In this document: piece by piece, positions 1 through 10,853 of the stretch
Layout of the letters: every line of letters starts with the position of its first letter
How positions within the stretch are numbered: the first letter of the stretch is position 1
Assembly (NCBI GenBank): GCA_039715015.1
Contig: JBDLIE010000004.1
Span: 32,001-96,000, forward strand
From: Thermodesulfobacteriota bacterium
Lineage (GTDB): Bacteria; Desulfobacterota; Desulfobulbia; Desulfobulbales; SURF-16
Direction: 5' to 3'
Length of the DNA stretch: 64,000 nt
The notes under the pieces: generated by a model
Database searches by the model: none
Seen by the model: the letters and a program-made list of their open reading frames with translations, nothing else
What the model was told of the DNA's origin: nothing
Made by a program: the position numbers and the translations under genes

Positions 1-120
1 TTATTATGGCAACGGTCACGCAGCCTTGAAATAATACTCGGGCAACAGCCTGACTTTGAAAATAATATAGACTGAGAGTCTATTAAATACGTTAGATTAT
101 CCCGTTACGGAGAATATACA

Positions 121-309
121 ATGGCCTTACCAAAAAGAAGAAAATCTCACTCAAAGACACGGATGGGACGTTCCCATCATGCCCTCTCTGCCCCTAAAGT
201 CGGTGTCTGCAGTGAATGTGGCGAGCCTAAGATGCCTCACCGTCTTTGTGGGAGCTGCGGCACCTATAAGGGCCGCGAAGTTATTAAGCTTGGCGAAGAT
301 TTTGAGTAG
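121..309 (+). CDS. rpmF: 50S ribosomal protein L32 (zinc-ribbon type)
   Basis: MALPKRRKSHSKTRMGRSH N-terminus, two CxxC, GGAG RBS, upstream of plsX. Confidence 0.97.
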   Translation: MALPKRRKSHSKTRMGRSHHALSAPKVGVCSECGEPKMPHRLCGSCGTYKGREVIKLGEDFE

Positions 310-645
310 GTCGTTTCCTCGACGCCTGTTTTAATCCCTGAAGATCCTTCTGGTTTTCAGGGATTTTTTCTGCTCTCGATCATTTTAGTCAAGAAAATAT
401 GGTGTAACCACCTGTTTTGACTTGTGCTACTCTCTATTAAGGGGTACTTTCTGCCCTGCATTATAGTTGATAAAATTTGTCTTTTTCTTAAGGCCATCCT
501 GCATTTCTTTGTTTCCTTTCTGTGTCGAGGCGAAACATTTACGGCCACTTTAAAAGTTTCCGGAGGCAGTCTACTTCTTTTGTGCTCGTCACAGGGTGTT
601 CCTGTTTTCGTAGCCTCTAAAAGTTTCTCATGTTGGTGAGTTCAC

Positions 646-1671
646 GTGCATATCGCTCTTGATGTCATGGGTAGTGACCGGGGCGCTGACGAGCTTGTCT
701 CTGGCGCACTTCAGGCACTTCAGGAAAGTTCTATCAAAATCACCTTGGTTGGCGATGAGGAAGCCATTTCTTCTGCCCTTGCAAAACGGCGGCAGGATCC
801 GGCAATCTCTATCTTGCCAACCAGTCAAGTGGTGACAATGGATGACAGTCCCATTGATGCCATCCGTAAAAAGAAAGACTCCTCAATGGTTCGCGCCTTT
901 GAGCTTATCAAACAACAAGAGGTGGATGCCGTTGTGAGCGCCGGGAATTCCGGGGCAGTGATGGCCTCGGCCATTAAATTTCTTGGTCGCCTGAAAAATA
1001 TCAACCGTCCAGCGATAGCCTCTGTATTTCCTACCTTGAAAGGTCCCGTTGTAATGGCGGATGTCGGCGCTAATGTCGATTGCCGTCCCAAGCATCTTTA
1101 TCAGTTCGGGGTTATGGCTTCGGCCTTTTCGAAGATTATGTTTGGTATAGATGAACCAAGAGTGGGCCTTCTCAGTATCGGTGAGGAGGGGGGCAAGGGC
1201 AATGCCCTTGTCAAGAAAACCCATGAGCTTCTCTCTGCCAGTAATCTCAATTTTATCGGCAATGTTGAGGGACGTGACACCTTCCAGGGTGATGTTGATG
1301 TTATTGTTTGTGATGGCTTTGTCGGCAATGTCTGCTTGAAGCTAAGCGAGGGGTTGGCCGAGTCGATGCTCACCATGCTTCGCGATGAGATTGCCAAAAC
1401 ATTTAAGGCGAAAATGGGTTACTTTCTGGCCAAAAAGGCTTTTGGTAATTTTAAGAAGCGGGTTGATTATGCCGAGTATGGCGGTGCGCCTCTTCTGGGG
1501 CTTAACGGGACAGGTATTATCTGCCATGGCCGCTCAAATGCCAAGGCAATCAAAAATGCAATCCTGGTCGCTGATGAATTAGCATCTAACCGGGTTAATG
1601 ATCATATTCTGGCCAATCTTGCCTTGGATGAGGCCGGCTTGAAATCTCCTGAAAAGGTGAATGGTCAATGA
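646..1671 (+). CDS. plsX: Phosphate acyltransferase PlsX
   Basis: IALDVMGSD, SAGNSGA, GNVEGRD, ICHGRS motifs; rpmF-plsX-fabH order. Confidence 0.96.
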   Translation: MHIALDVMGSDRGADELVSGALQALQESSIKITLVGDEEAISSALAKRRQDPAISILPTSQVVTMDDSPIDAIRKKKDSSMVRAFELIKQQEVDAVVSAGNSGAVMASAIKFLGRLKNINRPAIASVFPTLKGPVVMADVGANVDCRPKHLYQFGVMASAFSKIMFGIDEPRVGLLSIGEEGGKGNALVKKTHELLSASNLNFIGNVEGRDTFQGDVDVIVCDGFVGNVCLKLSEGLAESMLTMLRDEIAKTFKAKMGYFLAKKAFGNFKKRVDYAEYGGAPLLGLNGTGIICHGRSNAKAIKNAILVADELASNRVNDHILANLALDEAGLKSPEKVNGQ

Positions 1672-2651
1672 GTCTACGGGCGTCGATACTTGCCACTGGT
1701 TCACATGTGCCAGAAGGGACGCTCTCCAACGTCGATCTTGAGAAGATGGTGGACACCTCGGATGAGTGGATTACCACCCGTACCGGTATTAAGACCCGCC
1801 ATATCTCTGGTGCTGGTGAGTACACATCTGTGTTGGCAAGTAAGGCTGCTGAAAATGCCCTTGCCCATGCAAATCTGAGTGCTGAGGCCATTGACATCAT
1901 AATTGTTGCCACGGTGAGTGCTGAGATAACTATGCCCTCATGCGCCTGTTTGGTCCAGAAAGAAATCGGCGCAAAAAATGCTTTTTCCTTTGATGTCAAT
2001 GCGGCCTGTTCCGGCTTTCTCTATGCCCTTAGTGTGGCTGAAAAACATATTCTTGCCAGTCCGCAGCTTAAGATTTTGGTGATCGGGGCTGAAACCCTTT
2101 CCACCCGGGTAGACTGGCAGGACCGGAATACCTGTGTTCTTTTTGGTGATGCTGCCGGGGCCGTGGTTCTTGGCAGTAGTGATCAGGGTGACGGACTTAT
2201 CACCGAAAAATTATTTTCCGACGGCACTCTTTTTAATCTCTTATATATGGAAGGTGCCCAAAGCTTGAATCCTGCTCTCCGTAATGAAGAGTATCAAGGC
2301 TCTGCTATCAAAATGGTGGGACGGGATGTGTTTAAGTATGCCGTTAGGGCCATGGAAAATGCCGTGCGTGTTGTTCTTGAGCAAGCAGGATTGTCCCTAG
2401 ACGATGTGAGTCTTGTCGTGCCCCATCAGGCAAATATCCGTATCATCAATAAGTTGATGCAAAAGCTCGAAGTTGATTCGGAAAAAGTCTACATTAATGT
2501 TTCTAAATATGGTAATACATCGGCGGCTACCATTCCTCTGGCCTTGGATGAGGCCAATCGCGAGGGACGGTTGCAATCAGGCGATTATGTAATGTTATGT
2601 GCTTTTGGTGGTGGTTTCACCTGGGGTGCCACATTGATAAAATGGCAGTGA
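1668..2651 (+). CDS. fabH: 3-oxoacyl-ACP synthase III
   Basis: DTSDEWI, AACSGF (catalytic Cys), PHQANIRI, YGNTSAA; ATGA overlap with plsX. Confidence 0.96.
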   Translation: MSLRASILATGSHVPEGTLSNVDLEKMVDTSDEWITTRTGIKTRHISGAGEYTSVLASKAAENALAHANLSAEAIDIIIVATVSAEITMPSCACLVQKEIGAKNAFSFDVNAACSGFLYALSVAEKHILASPQLKILVIGAETLSTRVDWQDRNTCVLFGDAAGAVVLGSSDQGDGLITEKLFSDGTLFNLLYMEGAQSLNPALRNEEYQGSAIKMVGRDVFKYAVRAMENAVRVVLEQAGLSLDDVSLVVPHQANIRIINKLMQKLEVDSEKVYINVSKYGNTSAATIPLALDEANREGRLQSGDYVMLCAFGGGFTWGATLIKWQ

Positions 2652-2694
2652 GTCTCTTAAGCAAGGGACTTTTTTTATAAATTACGAGAGAAAG

Positions 2695-3852
2695 GTGGGT
2701 AGAGTGGATCATTTCCTGACCGAAGATCAGCAGATGATTGTCGATCTGGCAAAACAGATCACTGACGAGCTGGTTATTCCCAACCGGGCAAGGTATGACG
2801 AAACAGAAGAGTATCCGCTGGATATTGTCGAGACATTGGCAAAATCTGATTTTTTTGCTCTTTTTGTTCCTGAAGAATACGGCGGACTTGGTGGTGGATG
2901 TTATGACTTGGTTTTGGCTTTGGAGCAGATCGGTCGTGGTTGTGTGGGTATCGCCACAGCCTATGCCGCCAGCGCCCTAGGAGCCTATCCTATTATTGTC
3001 GGCGGCAGTCATGAGCTGAAATCAAAATATTTACCCGACATTGCCAGCGGCAAGAAAAGGGCGGCCTTTGCCCTGACAGAATCAAATGCAGGCAGTGATG
3101 CCGGTGGTATTCAGACCACTGCCGTTTTAGATGGTGATGAGTGGGTGTTAAACGGCACCAAACAATGGATCACCAATGGCGGCCAGGCCCATCTCTATAC
3201 GGTGATTGCTATTACCGATCCGTCTAAGGGTGCCCGTGGCGCCTCCATGTTCGTGGTTGAGGCAGATGATCCAGGCTTTTCCTGTGGCCCTAAAGAAAAG
3301 AAAATGGGAATCCGCTGTTCTGCCACCACCGAACTTATCTTTAAAGATTGCCGCATTCCAAAGGATCGGATGATCGGCCGCCAGGGTACCGGTTTTATTA
3401 CCGTTATGAAGACTCTTGACAAGTCACGGCCCGGTATTGCCAGTCTTGGTATAGGCCTGGCCCAGGCCGCCGTTGATGAGTCGGTTAACTACGCTAAGGG
3501 CCGTTATCAGTTCGGTAAACCCATCATCTCATTCCAGGCCGTCCAGCATATGCTGGCTGATATGGCCATTGAAACAGAGGCGGCCCGCGCCTTGGTTTAT
3601 GTCAGCGCCCGCCATATTGACGCCCATCCCAAGGATATGTCCAAGGCCTCAGCCATGTGTAAGGTCAAGGCTACCGATGTGGCCATGAAAGTGGCTACCG
3701 ATGCGGTGCAGGTCCTTGCCGGCTATGGCTACATGCGTGAGTATCCGGTGGAGAAAATGATGCGTGACGCCAAGATTCTTCAGATCTATGAAGGCACAAA
3801 CCAGATCCAGCGTAATGTCGTAGGCCAGGAACTCAACAAAGAGTATAACTAA
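2695..3852 (+). CDS. Acyl-CoA dehydrogenase (butyryl-CoA dehydrogenase/CarC-like); start may be GTG 2704
   Basis: FALTESNAGSD, NGTKQWITNG, KMGIR, QFGKPI, QIYEGTNQIQR with catalytic Glu. Confidence 0.93.
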   Translation: MGRVDHFLTEDQQMIVDLAKQITDELVIPNRARYDETEEYPLDIVETLAKSDFFALFVPEEYGGLGGGCYDLVLALEQIGRGCVGIATAYAASALGAYPIIVGGSHELKSKYLPDIASGKKRAAFALTESNAGSDAGGIQTTAVLDGDEWVLNGTKQWITNGGQAHLYTVIAITDPSKGARGASMFVVEADDPGFSCGPKEKKMGIRCSATTELIFKDCRIPKDRMIGRQGTGFITVMKTLDKSRPGIASLGIGLAQAAVDESVNYAKGRYQFGKPIISFQAVQHMLADMAIETEAARALVYVSARHIDAHPKDMSKASAMCKVKATDVAMKVATDAVQVLAGYGYMREYPVEKMMRDAKILQIYEGTNQIQRNVVGQELNKEYN

Positions 3853-3920
3853 GAAGTCCTGGATACGGATGGGTAGATGTTTGTGCCCCTTAACCTAAAA
3901 GAAATTTCTGACAAATAGCT

Positions 3921-4709
3921 ATGAGAATTGTTGTCTGTATAAAACAGGTTCCAGATGCCAAGGATGTCCGCCTTGACCCAGAGACAAATACCCTGTCTCG
4001 TGAAGGCGTTAAGTCGGTGATTAATCCTTATGACCGTCATGCCATGGAAGAGGGCGTGCGCCTTAAAGAACAGTATGGCGGTACGGTTACCGTGGTCTCC
4101 ATGGGGCCTCCCCAGGCCAAGGCCATTCTGAGCGAAGCCATTTCCTGCGGAGTTGATGACGCCATTTTGGTTTCTGATCGCGCTTTTGCCGGTGCTGATA
4201 CCCTGGCCACCACCTATACGTTGGCCCAGGCCATAAAGAAGACCGGTGATGTTGATCTGGTCCTCTGTGGCAAGCAGGCCACAGATGGAGATACCGCTCA
4301 GGTAGGTCCCGGTCTGGCAGTTAGGCTCGATATGCCGTACGTCACCTGTGTAAAGAAGATTAATGATGTTAAAGACCAGGTCATTACCCTTGAACGGATG
4401 ATGGATGACGGTTTTGATGAGCTTGAGGTTGATCTGCCCGCCCTTGTTACCGTGGTCAAGGAAATCAATGTGCCACGCTTTCCGTCCATCAGAGGTTTAC
4501 GCAAATCTAAGTCTCTTGATATCCCAAGCTATACAGCTGCCGATATCGAAGCGGACCCTGAACAACTCGGCCTGGGTGGCTCTCCCACTCAGGTGGTTAA
4601 GGTTTTCCCTCCCGAACCCAAAGGGGAGCGGACCATGCTTGAGGGAAGCCTGGAAGAAATAGCTGAGAAATTGGCGGAAATTTTATCAGACAGCGCCCAC
4701 GGCGCGTAA
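3921..4709 (+). CDS. etfB: Electron transfer flavoprotein beta subunit
   Basis: VCIKQVPD, NPYD, SMGP, DRAFAGADTLAT, GKQATDGDTAQVG. Confidence 0.95.
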   Translation: MRIVVCIKQVPDAKDVRLDPETNTLSREGVKSVINPYDRHAMEEGVRLKEQYGGTVTVVSMGPPQAKAILSEAISCGVDDAILVSDRAFAGADTLATTYTLAQAIKKTGDVDLVLCGKQATDGDTAQVGPGLAVRLDMPYVTCVKKINDVKDQVITLERMMDDGFDELEVDLPALVTVVKEINVPRFPSIRGLRKSKSLDIPSYTAADIEADPEQLGLGGSPTQVVKVFPPEPKGERTMLEGSLEEIAEKLAEILSDSAHGA

Positions 4710-4727
4710 TCTTACGGTTCTTGCAAT

Positions 4728-5912
4728 ATGTTGATTATTGATACTGAAGCCTGTATTGGATGTGGCCTCTGTGAGGATAATTGCCCCTTTGATGCCATTC
4801 ACGTTGAGGATGGCAAGGCAGTGGTTAATGATGCGTGTACCCTGTGCGGTACCTGTGTTGATCATTGTGAGGTAGAGGCTCTCACCATTGAGGTGGAAGA
4901 AAAAGAAGGGGTAGATCTGGCCGGCTGGTCTGGTGTTTGGGTCTATGCCGAGTATCGCAACGGAAAGGTTGCCCAGGTCACCAACGAGCTTCTTGGCGTC
5001 GGAACTGAGCTTGCAGCCCAACGCGGTGTTAAATTAGCGGCTGTCTTGCTTTGTGATAAGGCCGGTGATATTCCCCAGCAACTCATCGCATCCGGTGCTG
5101 ATATGGTCTACACCGTTGAGGATTCAGCCCTGGCTGATTTCACCGATGACGCCTATGGTAATGCTCTGGAAGATCTGGCTAATAAGTATAAGCCTGAAGT
5201 TATTTTGGCGGGCGCCACAGCAATTGGCCGTTCTTTTATTCCCAGAGTGGCTACCTCATTAAAGACAGGTTTAACCGCGGACTGTACCAATCTCGCCATT
5301 GGCGATGATGGTCATCTCCATCAGACCAGACCGGCCTTTGGCGGAAATATCATGGCCACCATCATGTGTCCGAAACACCGGCCCCAGATGGCCACGGTGC
5401 GGCCCATGGTGATGAAGGCAAACTCCCCTGATGAGAGCCGCAAGGGCGAGGTGGTTTCCGAGACTATTGCCCCCAAACGACTGAAGTCACGCTCCAGGGT
5501 CGTCCGGACTGTACTTAGTGAAGGAGAACAGCTCAACCTCAGTGAGGCTGACGTTGTGGTTTCCGGTGGCCGAGGCCTTGACACCCCGGCAGGTTTCAAG
5601 CTCGTTGAAGAACTTGCTACTCTCCTTGACGGTGCAGTGGGTGCCACCCGCGCTGCAGTGGATAGTGGTTGGATTGGTTACCCCCACCAAGTTGGACAGA
5701 CCGGCAAGACCGTGGCCTCAAAGCTCTATGTTGCCTGCGGTATCTCCGGCGCAATCCAGCATGTCATCGGTATGAAATCATCTGAGACCATTGTTGCCAT
5801 CAATCGTGATGCCAAGGCATCAATTTTTGATGTTGCTGATTACGGTGTGGTTGGCGATCTGTTTGAGATTCTACCCAAAGTCATTGAAAAATTAAAAGAG
5901 CGTCGCTCTTAA
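4728..5912 (+). CDS. etfA: Electron transfer flavoprotein alpha subunit with N-terminal 2x[4Fe-4S] ferredoxin domain
   Basis: [12 protein letters not shown] and [11 protein letters not shown], then [33 protein letters not shown]. Confidence 0.95.
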   Translation: MLIIDTEACIGCGLCEDNCPFDAIHVEDGKAVVNDACTLCGTCVDHCEVEALTIEVEEKEGVDLAGWSGVWVYAEYRNGKVAQVTNELLGVGTELAAQRGVKLAAVLLCDKAGDIPQQLIASGADMVYTVEDSALADFTDDAYGNALEDLANKYKPEVILAGATAIGRSFIPRVATSLKTGLTADCTNLAIGDDGHLHQTRPAFGGNIMATIMCPKHRPQMATVRPMVMKANSPDESRKGEVVSETIAPKRLKSRSRVVRTVLSEGEQLNLSEADVVVSGGRGLDTPAGFKLVEELATLLDGAVGATRAAVDSGWIGYPHQVGQTGKTVASKLYVACGISGAIQHVIGMKSSETIVAINRDAKASIFDVADYGVVGDLFEILPKVIEKLKERRS

Positions 5913-5927
5913 ACTGAGGTGACGGAT

Positions 5928-6674
5928 ATGGATTTATCAGGAAAGGTAGCCGTAGTTACCGGTGGCAGCCGTGGAATCGGCAAGGCCGTCTGTTTGCGTC
6001 TTGGCGGTTTGGGCGCCACTGTGATCATCAATTATGTGAGCCGCCCTGATGCTGCTCAAGAAACAGCTGATGAGGTTGAGAAGGCAGGTGGCAAGGCCGC
6101 AATATACCAGTTCAACGTTGCTGATAGTGCTGCCGTTGATGGAGCCTTTAAAAAGATCCTTGAGGACCATGGCCGCATTGATGTGCTGGTTAACAATGCC
6201 GGCATCACCCGTGATGGTCTCTTTATGAAGATGAAGGAGGAGGATTGGGATCTTGTCCTTGACACCAACCTCAAGGGTGCCTTTAACTGTATCAAGGCCG
6301 TCAACCGGCCCATGATGAAACAGCGTGCTGGCTCCATCATTAATATTACTTCGGTGATTGGTTTCGCCGGTAATGCCGGTCAAGCCAACTACTCGGCAGC
6401 CAAGGCGGGCCTTGTTGGCCTTACCCGCTCCCTGGCTAAAGAGCTCGCCTCCCGCAGTATAACAGTGAATGGCGTGGCACCTGGTTATATTGATACCGAT
6501 ATGACCAAGGATCTTTCTGATTCTGTGAAGGAAATCATTTTAAATGAAATTCCCATGAAGTCCATGGGTTCGGCGGATGATGTGGCAGGGGCTGTCGCCT
6601 TCCTTGCTTCTGATGATGCCCGTTATATTACCGGCCAGTTTATCCATGTGAATGGTGGTATGTTTATGGGCTAG
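5928..6674 (+). CDS. fabG: 3-oxoacyl-ACP reductase (start ATG 5928 after GAGGTG; ORF track uses GTG 5919)
   Basis: TGGSRGIG, NNAGITRD, GNAGQANYSAAK, upstream of acpP. Confidence 0.96.
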   Translation: MDLSGKVAVVTGGSRGIGKAVCLRLGGLGATVIINYVSRPDAAQETADEVEKAGGKAAIYQFNVADSAAVDGAFKKILEDHGRIDVLVNNAGITRDGLFMKMKEEDWDLVLDTNLKGAFNCIKAVNRPMMKQRAGSIINITSVIGFAGNAGQANYSAAKAGLVGLTRSLAKELASRSITVNGVAPGYIDTDMTKDLSDSVKEIILNEIPMKSMGSADDVAGAVAFLASDDARYITGQFIHVNGGMFMG

Positions 6675-6916
6675 CTGCCTTGCAAAATTGCTATTTTGCC
6701 CCGATTTCTGCCTCACAGCAAAATTAAAAATGCTCACATATGCACGATATGCTGCGCTTTTTAATATCACTGTTCCTTGAACTCGAACGAAATATCTAAT
6801 TTTTCAGGGCACCTGGTGTAAAAAAAAAATCTGGTTATTGTCTGATCTGAAAAATTGAAGTAATATCGGCTCTTTTCCAGTCGATTGAAAAGACATCCAA
6901 TTAAGGAGAACTTATT

Positions 6917-7144
6917 ATGTCTGTTGATGAGAAACTTATTGATATTATTGCAGAACAACTCAGTGTAGATAAGGCTAAGGTTGTACCTTCCGCCTCTTTT
7001 GTTGATGATCTTGGCGCTGACTCCCTGGACCTGGTTGAGCTTATTATGGCCATGGAAGAAGCATTCGACACCGAAATCCCTGATGAGGTCGCCGAAAAGA
7101 TCACCACAGTTCAAGCTGCTATTGAGCATATTCAGAAGTTATAA
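6917..7144 (+). CDS. acpP: Acyl carrier protein
   Basis: [13 protein letters not shown] phosphopantetheine site; AAGGAG RBS. Confidence 0.98.
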   Translation: MSVDEKLIDIIAEQLSVDKAKVVPSASFVDDLGADSLDLVELIMAMEEAFDTEIPDEVAEKITTVQAAIEHIQKL

Positions 7145-7304
7145 GTGGTTTCCGGCTTTTGCCGGAACTTGATCTCGGTGGATTCATTGTTACGCCTTAT
7201 CCGTGCCATTACGATGGCATGGTAAGGCGTTTTCTGCCATTTTAGCAGGGAAGATTTTTCGATAACCGGCAGAGTTCGGTTTTCGTGATTTAAAGAGGGA
7301 TATT

Positions 7305-8546
7305 ATGACTCGAAGAGTTGTGGTCACCGGTGTTGGCCTGGTTACTCCGGTTGGTACCGGCGTAGAGAAAACCTGGGATGGACTGTGCGCTGGCAAATCG
7401 GGTGTCGGACCAATTACCCGTTTTGATGCAAGTGATTTTCCTGTGCAGATTGCAGCAGAGGTCGATGACTTTAATGTCGAAGACTATATGGAGGCTAAGC
7501 AGGCTAAGCATCTTGAGCTTTTTGTCCAATATGCCCTTGGTGCTGCCCAGATGGCCCTTGATGACTCAGGCTTTGCTGTCACTGAAGAAAATTCCACCCG
7601 GGTTGGTTCCATAGTCGGCTGTGGTCTCGGCGGACTTCCTACCATTGAAAAATATAACAAGGTCTGTTTAGAGCGGGGACCTAAGAGAATTACCCCTTTC
7701 TTTATTCCCATGGTCATTCCTAATATGGGCGCTGGCCAGATTTCTATCTTTCATAAGGCTAAAGGGCCAAACATGTCCACCACTACAGCCTGTGCTGCAG
7801 GTACCCATGCTGTGGGCGAGGCCTATAGGTCCATTGCGGATGGCTATTGCGATGTAGCTTTTACCGGTGGCAGTGAGTCTGTTATCTGTCCCTTGGCTGT
7901 GGGTGGTTTTAATTCCATGAAGGCCTTGTCCAAGCGCAATGATGATCCTGAGCATGCCTCACGGCCCTTTGATAAGGATCGTAACGGGTTTATTATTGCC
8001 GAGGGTGGTGGTATCCTTATTCTCGAGGAATTGGAACATGCCAAGGCTCGCGGCGCCAAGATTTATGCTGAAATGGCAGGATATGGCCTCTCCGGTGATG
8101 GCTATCATATTGCCGCACCGCCTGAAGATGGTAATGGCGCTGTCCGTTGTATGGAAATGGCCTTAAAGAGTGCCAAGATGAACCCTGAAGATGTTGATTA
8201 TATCAATGCCCATGGCACCTCAACTCCCTTAAATGATGTGGTTGAGACCAGAGCTATTAAGGCTGTGTACGGTGATCATGCAGGCAAGCTTGCCATAAGT
8301 TCAACAAAATCAATGACAGGGCATATGCTGGGCGGTGCTGGTGGTATTGAGTCGGTCTTTACCGCGCTTACTTTGCATCACCAGGTTGCGCCCCCCACAG
8401 CCAATCTGGTAAATCCTGATCCAGAATGTGACCTTGATTATATCCCCGGCAGTGCCAGGGAGATGAGTATCCGGGCTGCCATGTCCAACTCCTTTGGGTT
8501 TGGCGGCACCAACGCAGTTATAATCATGAAACGGTATGAGGGCTGA
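7305..8546 (+). CDS. fabF: 3-oxoacyl-ACP synthase II
   Basis: RRVVVTG, TACAAG, NAHGTST, KSMTGH, NSFGFGGTN. Confidence 0.97.
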   Translation: MTRRVVVTGVGLVTPVGTGVEKTWDGLCAGKSGVGPITRFDASDFPVQIAAEVDDFNVEDYMEAKQAKHLELFVQYALGAAQMALDDSGFAVTEENSTRVGSIVGCGLGGLPTIEKYNKVCLERGPKRITPFFIPMVIPNMGAGQISIFHKAKGPNMSTTTACAAGTHAVGEAYRSIADGYCDVAFTGGSESVICPLAVGGFNSMKALSKRNDDPEHASRPFDKDRNGFIIAEGGGILILEELEHAKARGAKIYAEMAGYGLSGDGYHIAAPPEDGNGAVRCMEMALKSAKMNPEDVDYINAHGTSTPLNDVVETRAIKAVYGDHAGKLAISSTKSMTGHMLGGAGGIESVFTALTLHHQVAPPTANLVNPDPECDLDYIPGSAREMSIRAAMSNSFGFGGTNAVIIMKRYEG

Positions 8547-8976
8547 TCGGTTGAAAATAGCTATTGGATGTGATCACGGTGGTTTTGAACTTAAAGAGGA
8601 AATTGTCGCCCTCCTGCAGGACATGGGCCATGAAGTGGAGAATTTAGGCACCAACTCTCCGGTTTCTGTTAACTACCCCGATTTTGCCGAGGCTGTCTGT
8701 GCGAAGATAACAGATGGAGGCTGCGAACGTGGCATCCTGATCTGTGGAACAGGAATAGGGATGTCCATGGCCGCTAATAGGCATCGAGAGATCCGGGCTG
8801 CACTCTGTCATGAGCTTTTTACGGCCCGGATGAGTCGTGAGCATAATGATGCCAATGTTCTGTGCTTAGGTGCACGCGTTGTTGGTCCCGGTCTCGCCCT
8901 TGAGATTGTCACCACCTGGGTGAACACCGAGTTTGGCGGCGGCCGCCATCTAAACAGAATTGAGATGTTCTCCTAG
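8536..8976 (+). CDS. rpiB: Ribose-5-phosphate isomerase B
   Basis: IGCDHGG, CGTGIG, REHNDAN, GGRH. Confidence 0.95.
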   Translation: MRADRLKIAIGCDHGGFELKEEIVALLQDMGHEVENLGTNSPVSVNYPDFAEAVCAKITDGGCERGILICGTGIGMSMAANRHREIRAALCHELFTARMSREHNDANVLCLGARVVGPGLALEIVTTWVNTEFGGGRHLNRIEMFS

Positions 8977-9112
8977 CGCTATTTTTCCTGCCAGCCGTTA
9001 GGTCTTAAACCTTAAGAATGTAAAAAAAGAGAAAAAGCAGAAAAAGAATTGCTGACAAGTACCACTAGGAATTCTCTGATCATGCCCTCTCATTACCCAT
9101 ACTCGTGCTTCC

Positions 9113-10372
9113 ATGTCTTCATTAAAAAAGAGTGACCCTGAAATTTTTAGAGCTGTCCGCTTTGAGCTTGAACGCCAGACCCATCAGTTAGAGCTAATTG
9201 CCTCGGAAAATATCGTTTCCACTGCTGTTCTTGAGGCTCAGGGTTCAATCTTTACCAATAAGTATGCTGAAGGCTATCCAAAGAAACGGTATTACGGCGG
9301 CTGTGAATACGCGGATGAGGTTGAGGCGCTTGCCATTGCCAGGGCTCGTGAGCTTTTCAATGCCCCTTATGCCAATGTTCAACCCCATTCTGGCAGCCAG
9401 GCCAATATGGCCGTGTATTTCGCCTGCCTCAAGCCTGGTGACAAGGTGCTGGGGATGGATTTGGCCCATGGCGGCCATCTAACCCATGGCGCTTCCGTGA
9501 GCTTTTCCGGTGAGCTTTATGATTTTGTCTCTTACGGCCTTAATAAGGAGACCGAACAGATTGATATGGCCGAGGTGGAACGCTTGGCTGAACAGGAAAG
9601 GCCTAAACTCATTGTTGCCGGAGCTTCTGCCTATCCTCGCGTCATTGATTTCGCTGGTTTTAGGGCCATTGCCGACAAGGTGGGAGCCCTCTTTATGGTA
9701 GATATGGCCCATATCGCTGGTCTTGTTGCCGCCGGTGTCCACCCAACACCTGTGGGCCACGCTCACTTTGTAACCACTACCACCCATAAGACCATGCGTG
9801 GTCCTCGCGGCGGCCTGATTCTGGCCGAGGAAGAGTTCGGCAAAAAACTTAATTCAAAAATTTTCCCTGGTATTCAAGGTGGCCCTCTGGTCCATGTCAT
9901 TGCCGCCAAGGCTGTGGCCTTCAAAGAGGCAATGACTGCTGAATTCAAGACCTACCAGAAACAGGTGGTGGCCAATACAAAGATGTTGGCCGAAAAACTG
10001 CAATCCTATGGATTTCGTCTGGTCTCTGGTGGTTCTGATAATCATCTTGTTTTGGTTGATATGAATAATAAGAATATCACCGGCAAGGATGCTGAAGAGG
10101 CCTTGGAGGCTGCAGGACTCACCGTTAATAAAAATGCCATTCCCTTTGATACCCAGAGCCGTTTTGTCACCGGTGGTATTCGTATTGGCACTCCGGCGGT
10201 CACCACCCGTGGCCTGAAAGAGGCGGAAATGGAAAAGATCGCCGACTGGATCAACCGGGCCATTGAGAATCGCCAGAACAAGGAGGAGCTTGGCCGTATC
10301 AGAGTTGAGGTGCGTATGCTCTGTGAAGAATTTCCTCTCTACCCTGAGCTTGCCCAAGAGTATGACGAATAA
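9113..10372 (+). CDS. glyA: Serine hydroxymethyltransferase
   Basis: [20 protein letters not shown] (PLP Lys), FPGIQGGP. Confidence 0.98.
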   Translation: MSSLKKSDPEIFRAVRFELERQTHQLELIASENIVSTAVLEAQGSIFTNKYAEGYPKKRYYGGCEYADEVEALAIARARELFNAPYANVQPHSGSQANMAVYFACLKPGDKVLGMDLAHGGHLTHGASVSFSGELYDFVSYGLNKETEQIDMAEVERLAEQERPKLIVAGASAYPRVIDFAGFRAIADKVGALFMVDMAHIAGLVAAGVHPTPVGHAHFVTTTTHKTMRGPRGGLILAEEEFGKKLNSKIFPGIQGGPLVHVIAAKAVAFKEAMTAEFKTYQKQVVANTKMLAEKLQSYGFRLVSGGSDNHLVLVDMNNKNITGKDAEEALEAAGLTVNKNAIPFDTQSRFVTGGIRIGTPAVTTRGLKEAEMEKIADWINRAIENRQNKEELGRIRVEVRMLCEEFPLYPELAQEYDE

Positions 10373-10853
10373 GAAGGTAGAACAAGAGCGGCCCTCCTGG
10401 CACGAATATTTTCTTTCCATCACCGGTCATGTTGCCGAGCGCTCCACCTGCACGCGGCGCAAGGTGGGGGCGATTATTGTCCGGGATAAGAGGATCATCG
10501 CCACAGGTTATAATGGGGTGCCGGCAGGCATCCGGCATTGTGATATGGTGGGATGTCTGCGTGATGAGTTGCAAGTGCCCTCGGGTGAACGCCATGAGCT
10601 TTGCCGGGGGCTCCATGCTGAGCAGAATGCCATTGTTCAGGCCTCTACCCACGGCGTCTCCATTGAAGGATCATCCCTGTACTGTACTAATATGCCCTGT
10701 TCCATCTGCAGCAAAATGCTGATCAACGCTAAGATTAAAACCATTTATTATGCGGAAGGCTACCCGGATGCCCTGGCTGATGAGATGTTGGCTGAGGCTG
10801 GGATAAAAGTGATTAAACTGGATTCGGAACGTGCGAGCAGCGAGGAAAAATAG
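10362..10853 (+). CDS. dCMP deaminase-family zinc deaminase (start ATG 10362)
   Basis: [28 protein letters not shown]. Confidence 0.9.
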   Translation: MTNKKVEQERPSWHEYFLSITGHVAERSTCTRRKVGAIIVRDKRIIATGYNGVPAGIRHCDMVGCLRDELQVPSGERHELCRGLHAEQNAIVQASTHGVSIEGSSLYCTNMPCSICSKMLINAKIKTIYYAEGYPDALADEMLAEAGIKVIKLDSERASSEEK

